A stretch of 64,000 bases of DNA. Source: an uncultured candidatus Porisulfidus sp. (lineage in GTDB: Bacteria; Pseudomonadota; Gammaproteobacteria; Poriferisulfidales; Poriferisulfidaceae). Position 1 is the stretch's first letter, and every line of letters begins with the position of its first letter. Where the stretch lies: the NCBI GenBank assembly GCA_965204575.1, contig OZ241993.1, positions 1,728,001-1,792,000 on the forward strand, given 5' to 3'. The position numbers were made by a program, and so were the translations under genes. The notes under the pieces were generated by a model, which did no database searches, was not told the DNA's origin, and saw only the letters and a list, made by a program, of their open reading frames with translations. Shown here in pieces: positions 32,821-42,299 of the stretch.

Positions 32821-34125
32821 CGCTCCGGTCTGAAGAGAACCGCGGCGGTCCCGCTCCGCTCCGACCGCGACGACACCGCGGTACATGTCCGGCAGGGAAC
32901 CGGCGATGGTGATTTCATGCACGGGATGCGCCACGGCACCATTCTCGACCCAGAATCCCGCCGCACCGCGGGAGTAGTCACCGGTCACCGGGTTGACGCC
33001 CTGCCCCATCAGCTCCGTCACCACCAATCCCCGCCCGAGGCGCTGCAACAATTCATCCCAGGACAGCGCGGGTTCCCGGGATTCCAATACGAGATTCCGG
33101 ACTCCGCCGGCATTGCCGGTAGAGGCCAGTCCGAGCCTGCGTGCGGAATAACTGCTCAGAAACCACCCGCGCAGGATGCCGTTCTCCACCACGACCCGCT
33201 CCTGCGTTGCCACGCCTTCCGCGTCAAACGGCGCGCTGGCCGCCCCCCCAGCCTCATGCGGATGTTCGGCCAGGGTGATTTCCTCCGCCCAGACCTGTTC
33301 ATCCTTCCGGCCAAGCAGGAAAGACGCCTCATGGTAGAGCGCCTGGCCGCTGGCTGCACCCACGAAATGTCCGAGCAGCGACCGCGCGACCGGGGCTTCG
33401 AACAATACCGGCGCGACGCAACTGGCAAGCGGTCGGGCTCCCAAGCGACGTACCGTTCGCTCTGCCGCAATGCGCCCCACCGTCCCGGGATCCTGCATCT
33501 TGCGCCAGTCGCAGTGGGTGCTGTGCCAGTAATCCCGCTCCTGCGCTCCGGCCTCGTCTGCCGCCACGACACAGCAACTGAGGTCGTGGCTGCTGCGCCG
33601 GTAGGCGCCCATGAAACCCAGGCTGTTGCCAAGCACCCGGATGCCGTCATAGCGGCGGACCTCCGCCCCTTCCGAGTTTGCGATACGGGCATCGGCGCGC
33701 GCGGCATCTTCGCACTCAAGCGCGAGACGGACGGCTTCGTCGCTATCGAGGTCCCAGGGATGATAAAGGCCCAGCTCCGGGTATTCGAAGGCCAGCCGGC
33801 CTTCATCCGGCAGGCCGTGGCAGGGATCTTCCTCCGTGCTGCGGGCGATCTGGCAGGCCGCTTCGACCGTGCGTTCGACCGAGTCTTCGCGCAAGTCCGT
33901 GCTGGAGGCATGGCCGCGCCGCTGGTCAAAGTAGGCGGTGATGGATAAGCCTTGATCCTGCTCGTGTTCGACGGTCTCAAGTTCGCCAAGCCGCACCGAG
34001 ACCGTCAGGCCTTCACCGCGCTCCAGCGAAACCGCCGCGGCGGTCGCCCCTTGCCGGCGGGCCTGGTCCAATGCTTGCTGAACGCACGTGCGCAGATCCT
34101 GCGCCGAGGCGGATTCAGCCGTCAT
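32785..34125 (-). CDS. pmbA: Metalloprotease PmbA (TldE)
   Basis: VSVRLGELETVE, FDAEGV, GQGVNPVTGDYSRGAAGFW. Confidence 0.95.
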   Translation of the reverse strand: MTAESASAQDLRTCVQQALDQARRQGATAAAVSLERGEGLTVSVRLGELETVEHEQDQGLSITAYFDQRRGHASSTDLREDSVERTVEAACQIARSTEEDPCHGLPDEGRLAFEYPELGLYHPWDLDSDEAVRLALECEDAARADARIANSEGAEVRRYDGIRVLGNSLGFMGAYRRSSHDLSCCVVAADEAGAQERDYWHSTHCDWRKMQDPGTVGRIAAERTVRRLGARPLASCVAPVLFEAPVARSLLGHFVGAASGQALYHEASFLLGRKDEQVWAEEITLAEHPHEAGGAASAPFDAEGVATQERVVVENGILRGWFLSSYSARRLGLASTGNAGGVRNLVLESREPALSWDELLQRLGRGLVVTELMGQGVNPVTGDYSRGAAGFWVENGAVAHPVHEITIAGSLPDMYRGVVAVGAERDRRGSLQTGALLVDRMQIAGV

Positions 34126-35575
34126 GCATCCGGGTCCCCCCGACTGTCAACTCGTCGACCCGCAACGTCGGCTGGCCAACGCCCACCGGGACCTGCTGCC
34201 CGTCCTTGCCGCAGGTGCCGATCCCATCGTCGAGCTCCAGGTCGTCGCCGACCATGCTGACGCGCCGCAGCACGCTGGGGCCGTCTCCGATCAGGGTCGC
34301 CCCCTTCACGGGGTGGGCAATCTTTCCATCCTTGATCAGATAAGCCTCGGAAGCGGAAAACACGAATTTGCCGGACGTGATGTCTACTTGTCCGCCATTG
34401 AATCCGACCGCATACAGCCCATGGTCGACCGACACCAGGATCTCTTCCGGTGAATGGGCGCCCGCCTGCATGTAGGTGTTGGTCATGCGCGGCATCGGCT
34501 GGTATGCGTAGGATTCGCGACGACCGTTGCCAGTCGAACGGGTCTTGCAAAGACGCGCATTGTGGCGGTCGTACAGGTAGCCGCGCAAGATGCCGTCCTC
34601 GATCAGGACCGTGTTCTGGGTCGGGGTTCCCTCGTCATCCATGCGCAACGATCCGCGGCGATCCGGCAAGGTGCCGTTGTCCACGACCGTAACCTCGGGA
34701 CTGGCCACACGCTGGCCCATCAGGTGGGTGAACGCCGAAGTGCCCTTGCGAACCGCGTCGCCCTCCAGGCCGTGTCCTATGGCCTCGTGCAGCAGCACGC
34801 CGGGCCAACCGTGCCCGAGCACCACGGTCATGGTGCCGGCCGGGGCTTCCTGGGATTCCAGGTTGAGCAATGCCACGCGTACGGCTTCCTGCGCGAACCG
34901 GGCCGGTGCCCCGGTCTCCAGTAACCGGCTGTATCCATAGCGCCCGCCCCCACCATGTCCGCCGACTTCACGCCGCCCGTCCCGTTCGGCAATAACGCTG
35001 ACGTTCAGGCGCACCAGCGGGCGGATGTCGGTCTGGTACACGCCTTCCGTCGAGGCGATCAGGATCACCTCGTAGGCGGATGCCAGCGTCGCCGTCACTT
35101 TCTTGACCTCGGGAGCCAATCCACGGGCGGTTTCATCCACTTCGCGCAACAGGGCGATCTTCTGCTCCATGTCCAGGTTCTGCAGCGGATTGTCGTAGCC
35201 GCAAACGGCAGGCGGCGGAGTCGAGGAGGACTGCGGCAAGCGGGCCTGCCGCTCGCCGTGCGCGATGGAACGCGCGGCCCGGGCCGCCTCCAGCAACTGT
35301 TCGGGGCTCAGTTCCTCGGAATACGCGAACCCGGTCTTCTCACCCAGTGCCGCACGGACACCGGCACCTTGTTCCAGGGTAAAAGCCGCATCCTTGACGA
35401 TTCCGTTCTCGATCGTCAGCGATTCGTGCTGTGAATGCTGCAGGTACACGTCTGCATAATCGCAGGCCCGCGACCAGGCATGCGCAAGGGTCTGCTCCAG
35501 CGTTTGCGGCGTCAGTTCCCCCGGATCCAGGAGGTAACGCCGGACCGCGCCGTCGGTTACGCGTTCATCTGGCAC
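34115..35575 (-). CDS. tldD: Metalloprotease TldD
   Basis: GWPGVLLHEAIGHGLEGD, GNGRRESY, PRMTNT, CGKDGQ. Confidence 0.97.
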   Translation of the reverse strand: MPDERVTDGAVRRYLLDPGELTPQTLEQTLAHAWSRACDYADVYLQHSQHESLTIENGIVKDAAFTLEQGAGVRAALGEKTGFAYSEELSPEQLLEAARAARSIAHGERQARLPQSSSTPPPAVCGYDNPLQNLDMEQKIALLREVDETARGLAPEVKKVTATLASAYEVILIASTEGVYQTDIRPLVRLNVSVIAERDGRREVGGHGGGGRYGYSRLLETGAPARFAQEAVRVALLNLESQEAPAGTMTVVLGHGWPGVLLHEAIGHGLEGDAVRKGTSAFTHLMGQRVASPEVTVVDNGTLPDRRGSLRMDDEGTPTQNTVLIEDGILRGYLYDRHNARLCKTRSTGNGRRESYAYQPMPRMTNTYMQAGAHSPEEILVSVDHGLYAVGFNGGQVDITSGKFVFSASEAYLIKDGKIAHPVKGATLIGDGPSVLRRVSMVGDDLELDDGIGTCGKDGQQVPVGVGQPTLRVDELTVGGTRMHDG

Positions 35576-36384
35576 GTCAGCCTCCGGTTGTGGATGCTGG
35601 GAAAGTTTTTCCGAATCTCTTCAAGCCGCTGTCGATCGATGTCCGCGACGACCACGCCCGCCCCGTGAGCACGTTCCCCCTTGATCGAACCCCAAGGATC
35701 AATGATCATGGAATGCCCATGGGTCTCGCGCCCGTTCAAGTGGTAGCCGCCCTGCGCGCTGGCAACCAGGTAGACCAGGTTCTCGATTGCGCGGGCGCGC
35801 AACAGGCTCTCCCAATGCGCCTTGCCCGTCAACGCCGTGAACGCGGCAGGCAGCGTAATGATCTCCACCCCCTGATCCAGGAGCGCGCGGAACAGTTCCG
35901 GGAATCGCAGGTCGTAGCAAACGGTCAGCCCGATACGTCCGAACGGGGAATCCGCGACGACCAACTCGTTTCCGCTGCGGATGGTCGCGGACTCGTTGTA
36001 GCTCTCCCCGCTGGCGACCAGCGTCACATCGAACAGGTGGATTTTGTCGTAGCGCGCCCGGATTTCCCCCCGGTCATCGAACAGCATGCATGCGGCCGCC
36101 GTCTTGTCATCGACCCCGCAGTGCAGCGGGAGGGTTCCTCCCACGATCCAGATCTGGTGCCGACGGCACTGCTTGCGGATGAACTCCTGGATCGGCCCGT
36201 CTCCCGGCAGTTCCCGGTATTGCAGGATGTCCTTGTCCTGCAGGCCCATCATGGCAAAGTTCTCGGGCAGGACCACCAGCCGCGCGTCGTCCTCGACCGC
36301 TGTTTTGATCAGACGCCCGGCCTCCAGCAGATTGGCATCCAGGTTAGGGCCGGAAGCCATTTGTACCGCAGCAACCCTGTCCAT
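35557..36384 (-). CDS. Carbon-nitrogen hydrolase (Nit1-like, deaminated glutathione amidase family)
   Basis: LPENF, YDKIHLFD, VCYDLRFPE, RARAIEN. Confidence 0.92.
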   Translation of the reverse strand: MDRVAAVQMASGPNLDANLLEAGRLIKTAVEDDARLVVLPENFAMMGLQDKDILQYRELPGDGPIQEFIRKQCRRHQIWIVGGTLPLHCGVDDKTAAACMLFDDRGEIRARYDKIHLFDVTLVASGESYNESATIRSGNELVVADSPFGRIGLTVCYDLRFPELFRALLDQGVEIITLPAAFTALTGKAHWESLLRARAIENLVYLVASAQGGYHLNGRETHGHSMIIDPWGSIKGERAHGAGVVVADIDRQRLEEIRKNFPSIHNRRLTCQMNA

Positions 36385-36398
36385 AGTCCCTCGCAAGA

Positions 36399-36875
36399 TC
36401 AACGTGGCCGGTTTCGAGCCGGCTCACGAGGAATTCGTTCCTGAAATCGTAGCATGTCCTCGCGCTCGGGTTTCTGCTTGAGCCGGATCCGGTAACGTTC
36501 CGTCACGAACATCCGGGCCGCCTCGTGCAGCAGGTTGCTGGGATGCTTGCCGCAATACTTCTCAAGCCATTCGTTGGTGCGGGTGAGTCCGGAGTATTCC
36601 GCAATGCTGTACGTGTCGCGCACAAGGTAATTGTATGCCGTCAGGTAACCGGCCAGCCAGCTGTAGTACAGGCCGCGTTTCTCGACCGGGACATCCAGGA
36701 AACTGGCGCAGGTATCCAGGCCCAAGCCCTGTGCCTTGTACTGCTGATTCAAGTCGCGCGCGTGCGCCAGCGTCATTGAGGCGCCGAGCAGGATGCCGAC
36801 CAATCCGCAAGCGATCCAACGGCCCTCCCTTCGCCGCGGAACCGAACCGGTTCCCGCCCCCATCATTCTTTGCAT
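36399..36875 (-). CDS. Exported hypothetical protein with two Cys (HdeA/Rap1a-like pattern)
   Basis: Signal-like segment ending LAHA; G..TC..F...[12 protein letters not shown]...WLEKYC..HP pattern. Confidence 0.6.
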   Translation of the reverse strand: MQRMMGAGTGSVPRRREGRWIACGLVGILLGASMTLAHARDLNQQYKAQGLGLDTCASFLDVPVEKRGLYYSWLAGYLTAYNYLVRDTYSIAEYSGLTRTNEWLEKYCGKHPSNLLHEAARMFVTERYRIRLKQKPEREDMLRFQERIPREPARNRPR

Positions 36876-37468
36876 AGCGCTTTGAGCGGAAACGGCACGC
36901 CGGTGCCGCCGTGGCCGCAGTAGCCGCCCGGGTTCTTGCCCAGGTATTGCTGGTGGTAAGACTCGGCAAAGTAGAACGTTTCGGACGGGACGACTTCGGT
37001 TGTGATCGGATCGCCCCCTTTTGCGGAAAGTGCCGCCTGATACAGCTCAAGGCTCCGCTTGGCCAGTTCCTCTTGTTCGCGACCGGCACAGTACACGCCG
37101 GAACGGTACTGGGTGCCAATGTCGTTCCCCTGGCGCATTCCCTGGGTCGGGTCGTGGCCCTCCCAGAAGCAGGCCAGAAGCTCGGGGTAGGTCATCAGGC
37201 CGGGATCGTAGACGATGCGCACCGCTTCGGCGTGCCCGGTCTGCCCGGAGCACACTTCCTCGTAAGTGGGATCCAGGGTTTCTCCGCCGGTGTAGCCCAC
37301 CGCGGTGGTCCAGACACCCTTCAACTGCCAGAAACGCTGCTCCGCCCCCCAGAAGCATCCCAGCGCGAATTCCGCGATTTGCAACTGCACCGGATACGGC
37401 GGAGTCAGAGGGTTGCGTGTGAACAGATGCAACTCTCTCGTCTCTTCCATCAGGCCTGCGTCTGTCAT
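36863..37468 (-). CDS. msrA: Peptide methionine sulfoxide reductase A
   Basis: [35 protein letters not shown]. Confidence 0.97.
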   Translation of the reverse strand: MTDAGLMEETRELHLFTRNPLTPPYPVQLQIAEFALGCFWGAEQRFWQLKGVWTTAVGYTGGETLDPTYEEVCSGQTGHAEAVRIVYDPGLMTYPELLACFWEGHDPTQGMRQGNDIGTQYRSGVYCAGREQEELAKRSLELYQAALSAKGGDPITTEVVPSETFYFAESYHQQYLGKNPGGYCGHGGTGVPFPLKALCKE

Positions 37469-37482
37469 TGCCGTCGCCCCAT

Positions 37483-37508
37483 AAAACAAGGCCGCCTTGC
37501 GGCGGCCT
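37483..37508 (-). terminator. Rho-independent terminator downstream of DUF1326
   Basis: AGGCCGCC-GCAA-GGCGGCCT followed by TGTTTT. Confidence 0.8.
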
Positions 37509-37567
37509 GAGTTTTGGAGGTAATAGTTATTATTGTTGTCTGTAAACCCTGACCGGTCAAATCTTGA

Positions 37568-38179
37568 TCAGTCCGGGCCATAGGTGAAGTTCGAAGCCAA
37601 ACTTACGGAACCCGAGTGTTCATGGGTGATTCCGTTATCGCTGTACGCCACCTTGACGGTATCACTGATCGTGATGTCATTGCCCGGGGCAATGGCCAAG
37701 GGTGGGTTGGAAACGATGACGGGGCCTCCGTCGGCTCCCTCGACTTCCACGACTTCACTCTCACCAATGCCGTCACCCACTTTCAGGCGACGGGTCTTGC
37801 CGTCCACGGAGTACTCGATCGAGGTCTGCTTGACGCTGACCACCTCGCCAACCAAGCTGCACACGACCGCTAAATGGCCGCCGAGTTGGCCCGAGTACAT
37901 CTGGGTGATGGCGTCGAACTGCGCTTCGCTGGCACGCTCATCGACGTACAGGGCCACCTTGAAGCCGCCTTCGGTCAGAAGACCGGGGGCTTGAAGAAAC
38001 ATTGCGACGTTGAGATCGTTGATTTCCAGGTCATCCAGATGGCCTTCGTCGATGTGCCATCCCAGCAGTGCCGTACAGGTTCCAGTGGTGGGGGGTTTCA
38101 GCGTGATGCACGGGCAAATCAGGTCGCACGTGCAGGATTCAAAGTAATTGCCTTTGATGCTCCAGTTGTCTGATGCCAT
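37568..38179 (-). CDS. DUF1326 family protein
   Basis: WSIKGNYFESCTCDLICPC, YVDERASEAQ, SGQLGG; AAGGAGG RBS. Confidence 0.88.
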   Translation of the reverse strand: MASDNWSIKGNYFESCTCDLICPCITLKPPTTGTCTALLGWHIDEGHLDDLEINDLNVAMFLQAPGLLTEGGFKVALYVDERASEAQFDAITQMYSGQLGGHLAVVCSLVGEVVSVKQTSIEYSVDGKTRRLKVGDGIGESEVVEVEGADGGPVIVSNPPLAIAPGNDITISDTVKVAYSDNGITHEHSGSVSLASNFTYGPD

Positions 38180-38268
38180 GGCTGTTCCTCCTTATTATTA
38201 GAGTGCGCGGCGCGTTGTCCGGTTGGGGAGTATAACACGGCTAGAAGGCTATTGCGCAAGGCCAAGCG

Positions 38269-39855
38269 TTAAACTGTCGCAAATAATTCTCCTTGCTTTT
38301 CAGACTGCAACCGTGCTGGCTCTGGCAACAGCTCCGCAAACTCTGCAACCGGTACATTACTCAATTCTCTTGGCTCTAGTTTGTGTAGTCCCCCGCCATA
38401 GACTCGCCCCTCATCTAGCATTGTCTGAGGACGAATTTCATTTAGAAATTTCCAAAGTCTCTTTTTCAAATCCGGGTCTTCCTCTAAAGCTTGGGCAATC
38501 GGCCCTTTAGGGTAAAGCATCAGATAGACGTTTGCGGCGGTTGCTCTGGAGTGGTTCAGTATGAAGCGAAACGGACATCCGCTTTTTGTGTCTCTTCTCC
38601 CAAGGTAGGTGCATACAAATGGCGCTGGCGGTCGTTCTTCCTGTGTATACCAAGGTTTTCGATGCCGACAGAGGTAGCGTTCGGCTACGCCCAGCGCTTC
38701 CCCTTCTTCAAGATATTTCCACAAGGCGGGATATTTCTTCCTTATCTGCGCTTCTCCCAATCGGCAATCAAGCAAGAACAAACGATTTCCCAATACTGGG
38801 TTTCCATCCCCGTCGGCTGCTACTTCATTCTCCTGCAAATAGCGCGGGCTCGGCAATATGGGTCGAAATGCTTCTTGAGGTAATCCACGGCGCTCGATTT
38901 CCTCAAGTGTCAGAATGAAATACCGGTTGCCCCCGGTCGCCAGTCCCCGCTTAATGCTGAAGAAATCACCCAAAACTGGCACATTTGCTCTATCGGCTTC
39001 CTCTCTTGCCGGATAGCCTGTCCATTTAGAGTTACGGCACAGCATCTTGGCTGGCACTAGGCGTTCCAACCTCGGGCAGTCAAGCGACCCACCGTATGTG
39101 AACCTGACTTGGTGTTCCAGCGGCGGCTTCGTTTTACGGAACCAGACCACAACCGAAGACACTAAAGCATCTTCGAACTGTGCATCGTCTGGGTCAAATC
39201 GATGCAGATGCAGTAGCGTCACGTCATTCAGCAGGTAGTGCCTTATTGCAGCACCATAATTCACATCCATAAATTCACTTGGCACCAGCCAGCCCGCAAG
39301 CCCCCCCTCAGTCAACCACTCATGGCTTAGCCCGAGGAAATAACAATATAGCCCAGCCAATCCACTGAGCCTCATGCTGCCCGCCTTCTGCAAACAGGCC
39401 TGCAGGCGTTGCTTTTCTCTACTGTCAATATGATGGTGCCGAACGTAAGGTGGATTGCAAATAAGTAGGTTAAATTTTTCAGAATCTGGCGGCGCTTCAG
39501 CCTGCGTAAAATCACTCAGACAAACATCCAAACCTGTCTTTTCCCATAAATTTGCAGCAGGAATTCCATAATGGGGGTCAATTTCGTAGCCTATAGCAGT
39601 ATCAATGCGGTTTTGTGGAAACACTTTGAGCAGAGCTGAATAAAACGACCCGGTTCCTAGGCTCGGATCAAGGAAACGAACTCTTTCGTCGACTCCAATC
39701 TGGGCTTCAGCGTAGCGGAGAATGTCCACTGCCAATTCTGAAGGCGTGGCAAATTGACCCATTTGATTTCTTTCAGCTTGATTTTTTTTCGAGTCCAGTT
39801 GCCCCTGAAGCGTCAAGCGATGCTCCTCCAGCGCCGCAATTTCACTCCTAGCCAT
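38269..39855 (-). CDS. N6-adenine DNA methyltransferase (gamma class) of an XamI-like R-M system
   Basis: GQFATP, FLDPSLGTGSF (motif I), CNPPY (motif IV), GRVYGGGLHKLEP; low GC. Confidence 0.9.
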   Translation of the reverse strand: MARSEIAALEEHRLTLQGQLDSKKNQAERNQMGQFATPSELAVDILRYAEAQIGVDERVRFLDPSLGTGSFYSALLKVFPQNRIDTAIGYEIDPHYGIPAANLWEKTGLDVCLSDFTQAEAPPDSEKFNLLICNPPYVRHHHIDSREKQRLQACLQKAGSMRLSGLAGLYCYFLGLSHEWLTEGGLAGWLVPSEFMDVNYGAAIRHYLLNDVTLLHLHRFDPDDAQFEDALVSSVVVWFRKTKPPLEHQVRFTYGGSLDCPRLERLVPAKMLCRNSKWTGYPAREEADRANVPVLGDFFSIKRGLATGGNRYFILTLEEIERRGLPQEAFRPILPSPRYLQENEVAADGDGNPVLGNRLFLLDCRLGEAQIRKKYPALWKYLEEGEALGVAERYLCRHRKPWYTQEERPPAPFVCTYLGRRDTKSGCPFRFILNHSRATAANVYLMLYPKGPIAQALEEDPDLKKRLWKFLNEIRPQTMLDEGRVYGGGLHKLEPRELSNVPVAEFAELLPEPARLQSEKQGELFATV

Positions 39856-39857
39856 CC

Positions 39858-40822
39858 CTAAAGCCCAAATTTCCCTAGATCGCCGACACGGTGCTCCCAC
39901 ACCCAATCGATACCTTCTGCGGCTTCATAACCGAGATAGCCACTGTCAAAGTATCCGCATAAAAACAAAACGAATTGCACTTTTTTCCATAGGTTCGCTG
40001 CAACTGGTTCATTTTCGTGGCTTCTTCCTTTCGACGTTTGTTGACATTTGTAAAGTCGCCCGCAGATTTTGCCTCTATGAGAAGCGGTAAGTTCCCCACT
40101 TTCGCATTTTTCGGCATCACAACAACATCCATAGGAATGTTAACCGATTTCCCGGTTTGATCCTGCTCGGCTGGCACATTCAGCCGGAACGAATATGTCC
40201 CCGGCTGCATTTCATCGTGTTTTGCCCCCTCTCCCGATGAAATCTTCACATAGCCACGATTCTTTAGCCACTTCCCGATAGTAGCAAGTTGTCTTTTTTC
40301 CTGAGCATTTCGAATGATCGGGTTTGCAACAGCACCGCAAAGTCGGTCAGCCACAATCGTCGCAGCCCGGTACAAGTCCTGCCGAGATGGTTTTTTGTCA
40401 TCCTTCAGCCAGTCAAAAATATCCGGATCGATCATTTTCTGGATTGTTTTGCTGATTTTCCGAAGGTTGGCATTTAATTCTCTCCGCGACATCCGAGAGG
40501 GTAGTTTGCCTTGTTTTTCCATTACCTTGACAAGGTTGGCTGAAGCGCCCGAGAGTCCTATTAAGCGGTCTATGGCAAGCGGTGGAGAAGTGGCCATCCG
40601 GAGTGTCGGTAGCACAGCAGGAACTGTCTTGAGCAATGCTACATCAATTTCTCTGAAATTGCCCGTCGCTTTCAGCATCCTTTCGACATCCTCGGCCGTT
40701 TGCTCTCGAACATTCCGATACGCTTTCGGCGCAAACCTGATAAACCACTTGTTGTACATGTCGACTGACCGGATAATGTCTTCTTTCCATTGGTCCGGCT
40801 TGTCTCGATTTACCGCTTTCAT
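39858..40822 (-). CDS. XamI-family type II restriction endonuclease, frame broken at A_AAA_AAG (39980-39986); pseudogene or recoded
   Basis: VNRDKPDQWK.D...SVD.YN.WF, IEAKSAGDFTNVNKRRKEE; family-like C-terminus VQFVLFLCGYFDSGYLGYEAAEGIDWVWEHR...GL is in the -1 frame. Confidence 0.85.
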
Positions 40823-40887
40823 TGGGCCACTATATCCCTATCTTTCAACATATGCCACCTGTTAAAATGCCTTTCGGAGCTTCGCTC

Positions 40888-41712
40888 ATGCCTGCCACCG
40901 CCTCCACTCCTGAATTCGCACCCCTGCCGCCGGCTGAACGCTGGACCCTGATCGGTGCCGTCACCGCCGTCACCGCCAGCGGATGGGGCTGGATGCTGTA
41001 CATGGACTGGATGATGCGCGACATGATGCGGGGCGGACCCTCTGTCGCGTGGATGCCTCCGCCGGCCGGAGTTGGTGGCTGGAGCGGATACGACTTCTGG
41101 ATGCTGTTCGCCATGTGGGCGATCATGATGGTCGCGATGATGACGCCCAGTGCCGTGCCGATGCTGCGGACATACCGGGTCGTGCAGCGAAACCGGAGCC
41201 GGCAAACCCTGAAAGTCGTCCCCTGGATGATCTTTCTGGTCGGTTATCTTGCCTCTTGGACCGCGTATTCCGCAGTAATCTCCGTTGTTCAATGGCCCCT
41301 GCACGAATGGGGGCTGCTCGACCCCATGATGGACAGCCGAAGCCAGCTGTTCAGCGGCATCCTGCTGATCGTGGCGGGCCTGTACCAATGGACACCGTGG
41401 AAAGACGCCTGCCTCACCTTGTGCCGGACGCCCATGCAATTCCTGCTCGCCCGCTGGAAAGACGGCCGCACCGGCGCCTTGCAGATGTCTTTCGAACACG
41501 GCCTGTACTGCATCGGGTGCTGCTGGGCGCTGATGCTGGTCCTGTTTGCCGTCGGCATGATGAACATGCTGTGGGTCGCGGCCATCACGCTTTTCGTGAT
41601 CGTCGAGAAGGCGCTTCCAAGCCCCGCGCGGTTGTTCCGAACGATAACCGGGTTGTTGCTGGCCAGTTCGGGATTCTGGCTGCTGTTGCTCCACTTCCAG
41701 AGCCCGACATGA
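40888..41712 (+). CDS. DUF2182 family predicted metal-binding integral membrane protein
   Basis: MWAIMMVAMMTPS, YQWTPWKDACL..CR.P, GLYCIGCCWALM..LF..G.MN; GGAG RBS. Confidence 0.9.
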   Translation: MPATASTPEFAPLPPAERWTLIGAVTAVTASGWGWMLYMDWMMRDMMRGGPSVAWMPPPAGVGGWSGYDFWMLFAMWAIMMVAMMTPSAVPMLRTYRVVQRNRSRQTLKVVPWMIFLVGYLASWTAYSAVISVVQWPLHEWGLLDPMMDSRSQLFSGILLIVAGLYQWTPWKDACLTLCRTPMQFLLARWKDGRTGALQMSFEHGLYCIGCCWALMLVLFAVGMMNMLWVAAITLFVIVEKALPSPARLFRTITGLLLASSGFWLLLLHFQSPT

Positions 41713-42299
41713 GTTCGGCAGGCGAGCAACGGGTCCGGCAGCTGTTCGAAGACAGCCTTGCGACCCATCGGGATTCTCAGGATCGGCTTGTTGAACCGAT
41801 CGCGCAGGCCGGAGCCCTGCTGGCGCAGACCTTGGCGGGCGGTTGCCGGGTGTTGAGTTGCGGCAATGGCGGCTCAGCGGCAGACGCACAGCATTTTGCG
41901 GCCGAACTGATCGGTCGCTTTGAAAAGGAACGGGAAGCCCTGCCCGCCGTCGCCCTCTCCACCGATACCTCGGCGCTCACTGCCATCAGCAACGACTACG
42001 GATTTGAACGGGTTTTCAGTCGCCAGGTCGAAGGGCTTGGGCGGGAAGGCGACATTCTTGTCGCGATCAGCACCAGCGGCAATTCCCCCAATGTCGTGCA
42101 GGCCATCGAGACGGCGCAGTCCAGGCAAATGCGGGTGATCGCCCTTACCGGCCGGGACGGCGGCGCCATTCGCGGCCAGATGCGCGAGAGCGACATTGAA
42201 CTGTGCGTTCCGTCCGATTCCACGGCCCGGGTCCAGGAAGTCCATATCCTGATCCTGCACTGCCTGTGCGACCTGACCGATCAACTCGTGCATGAGTGA
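41709..42299 (+). CDS. gmhA: Phosphoheptose isomerase (GmhA/DiaA SIS family)
   Basis: CGNGGSAADAQHFAAEL, NDYG, ISTSGNS, ARVQEVH; ATG at 41709. Confidence 0.9.
   Translation: MSSAGEQRVRQLFEDSLATHRDSQDRLVEPIAQAGALLAQTLAGGCRVLSCGNGGSAADAQHFAAELIGRFEKEREALPAVALSTDTSALTAISNDYGFERVFSRQVEGLGREGDILVAISTSGNSPNVVQAIETAQSRQMRVIALTGRDGGAIRGQMRESDIELCVPSDSTARVQEVHILILHCLCDLTDQLVHE

Noticed and set aside
40983-42299. Apparent 438-aa N-terminally extended GmhA
   Set aside because: The extension is an alternative frame of DUF2182; gmhA starts at 41709 via an ATGA overlap
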